Source of the DNA: Candidatus Omnitrophica bacterium UBA6249
GTDB taxonomy: Bacteria > Omnitrophota > Gorgyraeia > Gygaellales > Profunditerraquicolaceae
DNA: 64,000 bases
Direction: 5' to 3'
Assembly (NCBI GenBank): GCA_002441305.1
Contig: DJVT01000014.1
Coordinates: 2,859-66,858 of the forward strand
This document shows positions 17,199 through 25,003 of this stretch, one piece after another. Every line of letters starts with the position of its first letter. Position 1 is the first letter of the stretch. The position numbers and the translations under genes are program-made. Below the pieces are notes generated by a model that had not been told where the DNA came from, did not search any database, and worked only from the letters and a program-made list of their open reading frames with translations.

Positions 17199-17610
17199 CT
17201 ACGTGCTGGCCGTCATAAAGGTCCCAGTCGGTATTAAAAACCTCTTTTGTGCTATAAGATCATCATAGACCTTTGTTCCGGGAAAAGGCGTAAGCACCAT
17301 CATCTGTATAGCATCTATCTTTTGCTTGATAGCAAATTTAAGAGTTTCCCATATCGTTTCTTTACTATCGTCCTCTCCACCCAAAACGAACATCCCATAT
17401 ATTTCTATCTTGTTTTTACGTATGGAGCGGATAGCGCGTACGATATCGTCAATGGTCTGATTCTTTTTATAAGCCTTAAGCGTCATAGGATTTATCGATT
17501 CAAACCCTATACAGACGGTACTACAGCCAGCTCTATCCATGAAATTCAATAGATAGCTTGCTATAAACATTAGCTTTCTGGGCGCGAGGTTCGATAAACA
17601 CTATCTTCAT
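17199..17610 (-). pseudogene. B12-binding-domain radical SAM enzyme remnant with large internal deletion
   Basis: ATG at 17610 opens MKIVFIEPRAQKANVYSKL..., a typical N-terminus of B12-binding radical SAM proteins, and stops after 25 codons. A different frame (ORF 17199..17570) encodes only the C-terminal part of the TIM barrel (CIGFESINPMTLKAYKKNQTIDDIVRAI...YGMFVLGGEDDS...MVLTPFPGT). The cobalamin domain and the CxxxCxxC cluster motif are missing. Confidence 0.6.
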
Positions 17611-17616
17611 ATTATT

Positions 17617-17826
17617 TTATTGCGCTTTTATAACATGTATATTGATGGCGCACGGGCCCTTAGGACTGTTCTCGATATCAAACTCTACCTGCGTATCTTC
17701 GCTGAGGTCAGAAAGTTTTGTATCAATTAGGCTACTCTGGTGAAAAAATAATTCCCTTCCGTCCGTATCGTTGATGAACCCAAATCCCCTATCGCTTATT
17801 ATTTTCTTGATCTTACCCGTATGCAT
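17617..17826 (-). CDS. cold-shock-domain protein (divergent third CSD paralog)
   Basis: 69 aa: MHTGKIKKIISDRGFGFINDTDGRELFFHQSSL..., with RNP1-like RGFGFI and RNP2-like LFFHQ. Confidence 0.85.
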   Translation of the reverse strand: MHTGKIKKIISDRGFGFINDTDGRELFFHQSSLIDTKLSDLSEDTQVEFDIENSPKGPCAINIHVIKAQ

Positions 17827-17870
17827 AATTATCCTTTCTTCCTTAATAAACCGCTTTTAAAACCAGGCGA

Positions 17871-17906
17871 TTAAAAGAAAAGTCCCGGCTCTTTATGGAT
17901 GCCGGG
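17871..17906 (-). terminator. rho-independent terminator downstream of cspA copy 2
   Basis: Minus strand reads CCCGGC-atccataaaga-GCCGGG followed by ACTTTTCTTTT. Confidence 0.6.
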
Positions 17907-17925
17907 CCTTTTTGCTGCTTTCAGG

Positions 17926-18126
17926 TTATAACTTGACTACATTCGTAACCTGGTCGCCTTTAGGGCCTTTGGTGATTTCAAATTCCACCTGCTGGCCTTC
18001 AGCTAAAGACTTGTATCCTTCTCCCTGGATCGAGCTATGATGAACAAACACATCATTTCCATTTTCAGGGGTAATGAATCCATAACCTTTTTGATCACTG
18101 AACCACTTTACTGAACCTTTTACCAT
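17926..18126 (-). CDS. cspA: cold-shock protein, CspA family (copy 2)
   Basis: 66 aa, differing from copy 1 at 4 residues (A2V, A32S, A59V, V60T). Confidence 0.95.
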   Translation of the reverse strand: MVKGSVKWFSDQKGYGFITPENGNDVFVHHSSIQGEGYKSLAEGQQVEFEITKGPKGDQVTNVVKL

Positions 18127-18232
18127 TGTTTGCTGCCTCCTTCCCTAAGAATTATAGTAAACGTTAAAAATCCCTATCATTTTCGCATGCTAGATATTGA
18201 TTTCTAACGAAGCAAACAATGACACCAAAAAC

Positions 18233-18287
18233 AAAAAACCGCAAGGCTAGATTTCCTACTCCTTGCGGCTTAAGACTTCTAATCTCT
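18233..18287 (-). promoter_or_regulatory. leader element of cspA-2: GATTAGA box plus terminator-like hairpin and U6 tract
   Basis: Minus strand reads AGAGATTAGAAGTCTTAAG-CCGCAAGG-agtaggaaatctag-CCTTGCGG-TTTTTT. Confidence 0.5.
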
Positions 18288-18298
18288 ACTATGATAAT

Positions 18299-18326
18299 AG
18301 TTTAGCACTTATTTGCCATTTGTCAA
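18299..18326 (-). promoter_or_regulatory. sigma70-type promoter of cspA-2
   Basis: TTGACA (18326-18321), a 16-nt spacer and TAAACT (18304-18299). The -35 hexamer lies inside the last codons of the upstream zinc-ribbon ORF. Confidence 0.6.
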
Positions 18327-18509
18327 GTTATTATTACCTGCCTTGTTTCTACGCTTGGCAAAACACTCCTTGCAGTAAACAGGGCGATCCTCTCTGGGCT
18401 TGAAGAAAACTTCACACTCCTTTTTACAATCCGAACAAACTGCCTTATTCATCCGCTTGTAGTTATTGCCGTAACCCCCGTTGCCGAAACCTTCTCCGCG
18501 ATATGCCAT
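18309..18509 (-). CDS. CxxC-x17-CxxC zinc-ribbon protein with Gly/Tyr/Arg-rich N-terminus
   Basis: MAYRGEGFGNGGYGNNYKRMNKAVCSDCKKECEVFFKPREDRPVYCKECFAKRRNK... The spacing CSDC-x17-CKEC matches the CxxC-x17-CxxC domain, which is often appended to DEAD-box helicases. SD is GGAGGGA. Confidence 0.7.
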   Translation of the reverse strand: MAYRGEGFGNGGYGNNYKRMNKAVCSDCKKECEVFFKPREDRPVYCKECFAKRRNKAGNNNLTNGK

Positions 18510-18573
18510 GATCCCTCCTATTTATCCACCCCCTGTTTCCTCTACCATTGTTATCGGCGGCGTTATCTCAAGA

Positions 18574-19668
18574 TTATTCTTTTACAGTTTTTGCAGTTCC
18601 TGCCAAAGAACCAGATGCGTCAATTCTCAGCTCCGCCATCAACTCTTTAACAGAAACGATCTTATCTACACGGAAAACATTACTTCCGCACATGGCAAAC
18701 CCTTTATCCATTTCTCCTCGAGAGGCATTGATCAATGCCTTGGCAATACAGTAATTAACCTTAGTTGGGTTGCAAGTCGCCAGGCAATGGTAGTCACAAC
18801 CAAAGTCGATTCTTTCTCCAGAACTTATCCTTCTGACAAAATCATTATTAATTACTCTTCCCGGCATTCCCACCGGGCTTTTAATGACGACTATGTCTTC
18901 TTTTTTGGCCGCGATAAAGGAATCCTTGTAAGCCTGCGCAACATCACATTCATAAGTGCAGACAAAACGTGTGGCCACCTGCACTCCGGAAGCGCCAAGA
19001 TTAATCATATCTGCGACATCCTTTCCGTCAAATATTCCTCCAGCTGCGATAACCGGAATATGTCCCTCCCGGTCAAATTCGCGCACTACGTCAATAACTT
19101 CCTGAAATATCTTGCGTAAGTTAAAATTCCGGTCATCGGCCAGTTCCTCCAGGCTATAACCAAGATGCCCTCCGGCCAAAGGGCCCTCCACAACTACGGC
19201 GTCCGGAAGACGCTTATATCTCCTAAGCCATACAGTACAAATCAAGCGAGCTGCCCTGGCTGAAGAAACAATCGGCACAAGCTTAGTGACATTGTTGGTA
19301 ACCAATGAAGGCAGCTTTAAAGGTAGCCCGGCTCCGGAAATGATTACGGGGATCAATTCTCGCTGAGCGGCATCCACAAGATCAGCGTAATTACTTAAAG
19401 CGCACATAATATTAACTCCAAAAGGATTCCTCGTCAATTCTCGCGTCTTGCGTATAATCTTAACCAGGGAATCACAGGAGCGGCGCTTGAAATCGGCCAG
19501 AATTCTATCGTCTTCTCCGAGACCAACCGCGGCGATGACACCCAGACCTCCTTCGTTTGAAACAGCAGAAGCCAGCGACGAAGAGGAAACCCTTACCCCC
19601 ATTCCGCCTTGAAAAATCGGAGTCTCGATTGAAAGCTCGCCCATCTTTAACGGTTTTAATCTACTCAT
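18574..19668 (-). CDS. FMN-dependent NPD/nitronate monooxygenase-family oxidoreductase (FabK-like enoyl-ACP reductase II candidate)
   Basis: 364 aa with family motifs PIFQGGMGV, GGLGVIA, VVEGPLAGGHLG, IPVIAAGGI.DG and VQVATRF, plus a Cys-rich C-terminal extension (CDYHCLATC...YC). Confidence 0.8.
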   Translation of the reverse strand: MSRLKPLKMGELSIETPIFQGGMGVRVSSSSLASAVSNEGGLGVIAAVGLGEDDRILADFKRRSCDSLVKIIRKTRELTRNPFGVNIMCALSNYADLVDAAQRELIPVIISGAGLPLKLPSLVTNNVTKLVPIVSSARAARLICTVWLRRYKRLPDAVVVEGPLAGGHLGYSLEELADDRNFNLRKIFQEVIDVVREFDREGHIPVIAAGGIFDGKDVADMINLGASGVQVATRFVCTYECDVAQAYKDSFIAAKKEDIVVIKSPVGMPGRVINNDFVRRISSGERIDFGCDYHCLATCNPTKVNYCIAKALINASRGEMDKGFAMCGSNVFRVDKIVSVKELMAELRIDASGSLAGTAKTVKE

Positions 19669-19681
19669 GTTTAACTCACCT

Positions 19682-19745
19682 CAAAAAATGAAAAAGCCGT
19701 AAAGGTTAGTTTCCGCCCCTTTACGGCTTTAGATCTCTAATCTCT
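19682..19745 (-). promoter_or_regulatory. leader element of the fabK-like operon: GATTAGA box plus 10-bp hairpin and U tract abutting the SD
   Basis: Minus strand reads AGAGATTAGAGATCTAAA-GCCGTAAAGG-ggcggaaactaa-CCTTTACGGC-TTTTTCATTTTTT-GAGGTGAG-ttaaac-ATG. Confidence 0.45.
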
Positions 19746-20214
19746 ATATATAACCTATTTTATCTTGATATAGCTTACCATAGAAATATAAAAAAAGGTA
19801 GTTTTCATTAACTATATTTTGCTCCAAAAAACTGGATGCTTTTCAAAAATAAATTGATAAAATAACGCTCGAATAGAAAAACCTTACCGTATGTTCTTTT
19901 GGCGCAAAAATTGAATATGAGAAATGGGATACCTGAGAAGATTATACTTACAATAGGCTCCTACCTTACTATCTATCCCTGGTAACCCTGAAAGGATTCG
20001 TGCTTTTCTATTTAATGTACCATTTCATCGCTGAATATTTCACAAATATCACCGATAACACCATTAAATAGCGACCATTAAATACGAGAGAAATTAGCCT
20101 ATTTTAGAGAAATTCTCTCTGAAATTTGCTATCTTTTAGGTCGGAAATTTGATCCCAGAATATTTTAAAATTCTCCGACGGGAATAACGCCCCATCTCAT
20201 AGGAACATCGACAG

Positions 20215-20247
20215 ATAAAAAAACACCGGCAAGTTACCCCGCCGGTG
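20215..20247 (-). terminator. rho-independent terminator downstream of tRNA-His
   Basis: Minus strand reads ACACCGGC-ggggtaactt-GCCGGTGT followed by TTTTTTT, 45 nt after the tRNA 3' end. Confidence 0.65.
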
Positions 20248-20291
20248 TATTAATGTATATCATTGTAGTACAAAGAGATACATTAAAGAAG

Positions 20292-20367
20292 GGTGGCTGA
20301 CGGGGATCGAACCCGCAAGCCTTCTGAGCCACAGTCAGACGCTCTAACCAGTTGAGCTACAGCCACC
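20292..20367 (-). tRNA. tRNA-His (anticodon GTG) with encoded G-1
   Basis: Manual cloverleaf: G(-1)+GTGGCTG acceptor pairing with CAGCCAC, discriminator C, anticodon loop CTGTGGC, T-arm GCGGG-TTCGATC-CCCGT. No encoded CCA. Confidence 0.85.
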
Positions 20368-20390
20368 ATAATTGTATCAGATCGAAAAAT

Positions 20391-21620
20391 TTATTGTTTC
20401 TCCGGGGTCTGCTTGTTCATTGCTTCTTCGAAAAATTTCTTTACCCCGTTGCCCAAAGCGACCATGCCGTCAACCGTAGCCTTGGTCAAATCAGAACCGC
20501 TTTTGATCCCGCCCTGCAAAAGCTTGCCAGGCCATAATAACATATCCTGAGCCCTTAGCCCAGCATTAGTTCTGGCCTGCATAAGCTTGCCCTCAAAAGC
20601 GGATTTTATATCCTCAAACCCGAATTTGGGATGATCCATCTTCGTATGCAATGTAAAATCCAGGACTACCTTGCCCTGGTTCATCGCCTTGAACATATCG
20701 AGCACGGCATCGGTAAGCCTCTCCGCCTTCTGCTGGGGCTCCTCCGGCGGGCGCGCCTTGCGCACTATATCGGCCAGCTCCAGGTGACATTGGGCGGAAA
20801 GGTCATTGTTCTCCCCGGTGATCTTGCTGCTGAAATTAAGCTTCGCCTTTTCGATGCGCGCCTTCTCCAGGTCAACCCAGGTCGAGTAATAAGGATAAAA
20901 AGCGATGGCATCGATATCCTCTATGGACAAATCGGCGGAAACATCTTTTTTATAAGAGTTCATCCGGCCGTACAGATATATCCTGCCGTCGGGTTCACCG
21001 GACTGCCAGGGCAGGCGGCCGGAAAAATCAAAACTTGCGTCGTTGTCAACGGGATACGTATACAGGTTGCGTAAATTAACGTCTATGTTCTTGACTATAA
21101 CCGTAACCTCGCGGGAATCCGCGGTATGATCGATAAAAGTCACCTCTCCCGACCGTATCTTCAGGCTTTTGATTATCAGCTTGAACCCGTTTTCCGCCGG
21201 CTTTGCAGGGGATTCTTCTTTACCTTCCGCAATATCTGTTTTCTCAACGGCCTTGTCAATCTCCGGCTCCTGTTTCGGTTTCTGCGCCGAAGATAAAGGC
21301 ACCGGCCTGCGCTCGCAGGATATCTGGGGATTGACTATCCTCACCTTGTTCAAGGCGAGCCTCCCGGTCAACAAATACGGGATGCTGGGGGAAACATATA
21401 TGTATCCTATCCTGGCCAGGCCCTCGACGTTAAAATCGAATATCTCCAGATTTAACGGCGGCTTGATATCTATCTGGCCTATGTCCACCCGGCGGCCAAG
21501 CGCCTCGGAAAGCCTGCCGGCGATAATCCCTTTTGCCTTGAGAATAAGCACAAGGTAAGCAGAGCTGAAAGAGAATACCAGTATCGATATGATTATAAAG
21601 ACTTTTTTCCAGTTTTTCAT
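20391..21620 (-). CDS. membrane-anchored protein of uncertain function, AsmA-like/DUF748-like
   Basis: 409-aa ORF with a single N-terminal TM helix (VFIIISILVFSFSSAYLVLIL). The rest resembles AsmA/DUF748-type proteins by general sequence character only. Confidence 0.5.
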   Translation of the reverse strand: MKNWKKVFIIISILVFSFSSAYLVLILKAKGIIAGRLSEALGRRVDIGQIDIKPPLNLEIFDFNVEGLARIGYIYVSPSIPYLLTGRLALNKVRIVNPQISCERRPVPLSSAQKPKQEPEIDKAVEKTDIAEGKEESPAKPAENGFKLIIKSLKIRSGEVTFIDHTADSREVTVIVKNIDVNLRNLYTYPVDNDASFDFSGRLPWQSGEPDGRIYLYGRMNSYKKDVSADLSIEDIDAIAFYPYYSTWVDLEKARIEKAKLNFSSKITGENNDLSAQCHLELADIVRKARPPEEPQQKAERLTDAVLDMFKAMNQGKVVLDFTLHTKMDHPKFGFEDIKSAFEGKLMQARTNAGLRAQDMLLWPGKLLQGGIKSGSDLTKATVDGMVALGNGVKKFFEEAMNKQTPEKQ

Positions 21621-21642
21621 TAAAACAACCTGCGTAATTATA

Positions 21643-21716
21643 TGCGCCTGGGCCGAATCGAACGGCCAACAACCGGCTTAGAAGGCAGGTGCTCTATCCT
21701 ATTGAGCTACAGGCGC
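21643..21716 (-). tRNA. tRNA-Arg (anticodon TCT)
   Basis: Manual fold: GCGCCTG/CAGGCGC acceptor, D-arm GCTC...GAGC, anticodon loop CTTCTAA, T-arm GGCCG-TTCGATT-CGGCC, discriminator A. There is one mismatch in the anticodon stem. Confidence 0.85.
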
Positions 21717-21766
21717 ATATCTACTTGACCAACCGCTTATCAAAAAACGCTTTACTTGCCAAATTA

Positions 21767-21841
21767 TCGGGGCGACAGGACTTGAACCTGTGACCTCTTG
21801 CTCCCAAAGCAAGCGCTCTAGCCAAACTGAGCCACGCCCCG
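21767..21841 (-). tRNA. tRNA-Pro (anticodon TGG)
   Basis: Manual fold: CGGGGCG/CGCCCCG acceptor, anticodon arm CTTGC-TTTGGGA-GCAAG, T-arm ACAGG-TTCAAGT-CCTGT. Confidence 0.9.
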
Positions 21842-21872
21842 GGTATTCTTCCGCCGGGAAAAAGAAACAATA

Positions 21873-21901
21873 ATTATATCAATTCACCGGAGACTTAACA
21901 A
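21873..21901 (-). promoter_or_regulatory. candidate sigma70 promoter for the tRNA-Pro/tRNA-Arg unit
   Basis: Minus strand has TTGTTA, a 17-nt spacer and TATAAT, ending 31 nt upstream of tRNA-Pro. The -35 hexamer overlaps the end of rdgB. Confidence 0.4.
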
Positions 21902-22490
21902 CACATTTCTCGATAACCCGCCTGGCTTTCTTCAAGGCGTGGTAACGATGGCTCATCTTATGCTTGACCTTCTCCCCTAATTGGGCAAATGTCTTTTTGT
22001 ACTTGGGGATATAGAACAACGGGTCATAGCCAAATCCCGCGCTGCCTTTAGGTTCGAAGGCGATCAGGCCTGAGCATTTCCCTTCTACTACGCCCAACAC
22101 GCCGCGTTTGTCCGCCAGGGCTACGGCACACACATAATAAGCCTTTCTTTTCTTGAAAGGCGTATCTTTCAGTAATTTCAACAGCTTAATGTTATTCTTC
22201 AGGTCGCTTTTATCCCTGCCGGAAAAACGTGCAGAATATATCCCCGGAGCCCCGTCCAGGGCGTCAACACACAATCCGGAATCTTCGCCCAAACAAATCT
22301 CTCCGGTAAAACGGGCAAGTTTCATTGCCTTCTTTACGGCGTTCTCCCGGAAGGTCTTGCCGTCCTCTCTTACGCGCGGGGCATCGGTAAAGCTGTCCAG
22401 CGAAAGGAGTTTTATGTTAATGCCTTTCAGGATATCCTTTATCTCGGACAGTTTTTTCTTATTGCGGGTTGCGACTACCAGGCGGATCAT
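21879..22490 (-). CDS. rdgB: non-canonical purine NTP pyrophosphatase (dITP/XTPase)
   Basis: 203 aa of the HAM1/RdgB family: [41 protein letters not shown]. Confidence 0.9.
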   Translation of the reverse strand: MIRLVVATRNKKKLSEIKDILKGINIKLLSLDSFTDAPRVREDGKTFRENAVKKAMKLARFTGEICLGEDSGLCVDALDGAPGIYSARFSGRDKSDLKNNIKLLKLLKDTPFKKRKAYYVCAVALADKRGVLGVVEGKCSGLIAFEPKGSAGFGYDPLFYIPKYKKTFAQLGEKVKHKMSHRYHALKKARRVIEKCVVKSPVN

Positions 22491-23206
22491 TTGAGCAGTA
22501 TATCCCCCACTAATTTCCTTTGGATGTCAAAGAGTTCCCCGATGCCTTTCCTGGCAAGGTCCAGCATGGCATCCATCTTCTCCTTCGAGAACGGGTTGCG
22601 TTCAGCCGTGCCCTGGACTTCGATGAATTCCCCCTTGCCGGTCATTACCACATTCATATCCACTTCCGCCTTGGAATCCTCTTCATAGCACAAATCAAGT
22701 ATCATGTTGCCGTTGAATATGCCGACGCTGGTGGCGGCGACATAATCCTGCACGGGGACTCTCTCGATCTTGCCGTCCTTCTTCAATTTCTGCAGGGCAT
22801 CGACCAGGGCGATAAAACTCCCGGTTATGGAAGCGGTGCGCGTGCCGCCGTCCCCCTGGATCACGTCGCAGTCAATCCAGATAGTGCGCTCCCCTATATG
22901 CTTCATCTCGGTAACCGAACGCAGGGACCTGCCGATAAGCCTCTGGATCTCGTAGGTGCGCCCGGAATCCTTTCCGCGGGAGATGCGGCTTCCGCAGGAG
23001 CGCGGGAGCATGCCGTACTCGGCGGTAACCCATCCGGTACCCGAATTCCTCAAAAACGGGGGGACTGTCTCCTCTACGGAAGCGGTACAGATAACCCGCG
23101 TATTCCCCATCTCTATCAGACAGGATCCCTCGGGATACCTGATGTAATTCCTGGTTATGCTGACCTTCCTGATCTTATCCAGACCGCGCCCGTCTATCCT
23201 GGCCAT
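22487..23206 (-). CDS. rph: ribonuclease PH
   Basis: 239 aa: [44 protein letters not shown]..., [18 protein letters not shown]. Confidence 0.95.
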   Translation of the reverse strand: MARIDGRGLDKIRKVSITRNYIRYPEGSCLIEMGNTRVICTASVEETVPPFLRNSGTGWVTAEYGMLPRSCGSRISRGKDSGRTYEIQRLIGRSLRSVTEMKHIGERTIWIDCDVIQGDGGTRTASITGSFIALVDALQKLKKDGKIERVPVQDYVAATSVGIFNGNMILDLCYEEDSKAEVDMNVVMTGKGEFIEVQGTAERNPFSKEKMDAMLDLARKGIGELFDIQRKLVGDILLK

Positions 23207-23274
23207 AAATATTCTCCTTTTATCCCTCCGCAGGCTAAACAGCGATGCGCTGCGGAGATTATTCCAATTATTCG

Positions 23275-23796
23275 TTACTTGTAAACACTGTTTCCCATGG
23301 TATCGATTGCGACAATCAAAGGAAAATCCTCGACCTCCATCCTGAATACCGCCTCCGGCCCCAGATCCCCATAAACTGCCACACTGCGTTTCTTGACGCA
23401 GCCGGATAAAAGCGCCCCGCAGCCGGCGTAAGTCAAGAAATATACACCTTTATGTTTCCTCAGCGCATCGCGCACTTCTTGCGAACGCGCGCCTTTGCCG
23501 ATTACCGCCCTCAAGCCGGATAAGAGCAATAAAGGCGTAAACGCATCCATGCGGGAACTCGTGGTCGGACCGCATGAGCCGATTACCCTGCCGTAAGGCG
23601 TATGCGTAGGGCCGCAGTAATAAATACAGGCGCCTTTTAAATCTATGGGAAGCCCCCTGCCTGCTTTTACCGCCTCGGCCATTCTCTTGTGCGCCTGGTC
23701 GCGCGCAGTATAGATCGTGCCGTTCAAAAGGACCTCTTCCCCCGCCTTCAATGAACCAAGCATATTTTTCCCGAAAGGGACGGTCAGCCTTCTCAT
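23275..23796 (-). CDS. class I fumarate hydratase / Fe-S hydro-lyase, beta (C-terminal domain) subunit
   Basis: 173 aa with TtdB/FumA-C family motifs ([33 protein letters not shown]). Confidence 0.8.
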   Translation of the reverse strand: MRRLTVPFGKNMLGSLKAGEEVLLNGTIYTARDQAHKRMAEAVKAGRGLPIDLKGACIYYCGPTHTPYGRVIGSCGPTTSSRMDAFTPLLLLSGLRAVIGKGARSQEVRDALRKHKGVYFLTYAGCGALLSGCVKKRSVAVYGDLGPEAVFRMEVEDFPLIVAIDTMGNSVYK

Positions 23797-24614
23797 AATA
23801 CGATAGAGGCGCTCCTTAACGCATGACAGCTGATATTCACGCTCACCGGCAGACCCGCAATGTGAGTGGGATAGATCTCAACGTGCACCGCCAGGGCGGT
23901 ACACCTGCCTCCCAGCCCCATCGGTCCGATCCCCGTCTTGTTTATCGCATTCAACAGGTCATTTTCCAATTTTGATTTTTTTGAGGATACCCTGCGCAAT
24001 AAAGCCTTCTTCGCAAGGACAGCCGAATAATCGGCCGTGCCGCCGATGCCCACCCCGACCACATACGGAGGACAGGCATCCGGGCCCGCGTCTTTTACGG
24101 CACCGACGATGAAATCCTTGATCTCCGCAAGAGACGCCGTAGGCTTAAACATCTGCAGCCTTGACTTGTTCTCGCATCCGAAGCCTTTAGGCAAAAAGGT
24201 TATTTTCACCTTGTCCCCTTTTACTATATGCGTATGGATCAGGCAGGGCGAAAACCCGGAGCCTTTCCTGTCAAGGGGATGGGCGACTATGGAGTTCCTT
24301 AAAGAGTTTCTTTTGTAACCTTCCTCGATGCCCTTGTTAACCGCTTTTTCCAAGCTGCCTTTTAAAAAGACATCCTGGCCGAGATCGATAAAGACTATGG
24401 GAAAACCCGTATCCTGGCATATGGCCAGTTTTTCCTTCCTGGCGCAGGCGGCGTTATCCAATACCGCCTTGAGGATTTTCTTCGCCCGGCTGTTCCTTTC
24501 CTCCAGGAAAGCTCTACGCAAGGCAGAGAGCACGTCGGCGCGCAAGAAAAAACTTGCCTGCTTGACCAGGCCGGCAACCGCCCCGCTTATCTGGGAAACA
24601 TTTATTTTTCTCAT
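23793..24614 (-). CDS. class I fumarate hydratase / Fe-S hydro-lyase, alpha (N-terminal domain) subunit
   Basis: TtdA/FumA-N family (ICQDTGFPIVFIDLG, VGVGIGGT, PMGLGG). I chose the start at the Met at 24614, which gives an ATGA overlap with the queF stop. The track ORF begins at 24674. Confidence 0.8.
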   Translation of the reverse strand: MRKINVSQISGAVAGLVKQASFFLRADVLSALRRAFLEERNSRAKKILKAVLDNAACARKEKLAICQDTGFPIVFIDLGQDVFLKGSLEKAVNKGIEEGYKRNSLRNSIVAHPLDRKGSGFSPCLIHTHIVKGDKVKITFLPKGFGCENKSRLQMFKPTASLAEIKDFIVGAVKDAGPDACPPYVVGVGIGGTADYSAVLAKKALLRRVSSKKSKLENDLLNAINKTGIGPMGLGGRCTALAVHVEIYPTHIAGLPVSVNISCHALRSASIVL

Positions 24615-25003
24615 TTGCTTTTGTATTCCCGGCGCACGGTAGTGGTAATCCCGCCGCGGGGATTGAATACACATTCGATCCTGGCCCAGCGCGGCTTTAC
24701 CGCCTTAACAAAATCCTCGAGCATCTTGTTGGCCAGGTGCTCATGGAATATCCCGATACTGCGGTAGAATATGGTATACATCTTGAATGATTTGAGCTCG
24801 ACGCACAGCTTGACCGGGGAATATTCGATACGGATAACCGCGAAATCCGGGAGCCCGGTCTTCGGGCATATACACGTGAACTCCGGGATATCCAGATGGA
24901 TCACATACACCTTATCCGGGTATTGATTCTTCCATACCTCTATCTCCGGGGTCTTCAAGCTTCTTACATTTTCCTGCAGGCCTTCGTAACTGGAGTTTTT
25001 CAT
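24611..25003 (-). CDS. queF: NADPH-dependent 7-cyano-7-deazaguanine (preQ0) reductase
   Basis: 130 aa, type I QueF: EFTCICPKTGLPDFAVIRIEY, ELKSFKMY, FHE. Confidence 0.9.
   Translation of the reverse strand: MKNSSYEGLQENVRSLKTPEIEVWKNQYPDKVYVIHLDIPEFTCICPKTGLPDFAVIRIEYSPVKLCVELKSFKMYTIFYRSIGIFHEHLANKMLEDFVKAVKPRWARIECVFNPRGGITTTVRREYKSK

Larger units (their letters stand above)
17899..18326. repeat. cspA locus duplication, copy B
   Basis: See copy A (13095-13520). Same orientation; the two copies bracket about 4.4 kb. Confidence 0.8.

Noticed and set aside
20060-20084. Tandem 11-mers considered as a CRISPR or iteron array
   Set aside because: There are only two copies with a 3-nt spacer, no further repeats and no cas genes. 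This is not a CRISPR array.
16503-20292. tRNA fragment and tRNA-His 3' end as attL/attR direct repeats of one island
   Set aside because: The two share only generic T-arm similarity (GGGTTCGA..CCCGTCAG). The acceptor strands differ completely (CAGGGAT vs CAGCCAC), so they are not a duplicated att core.
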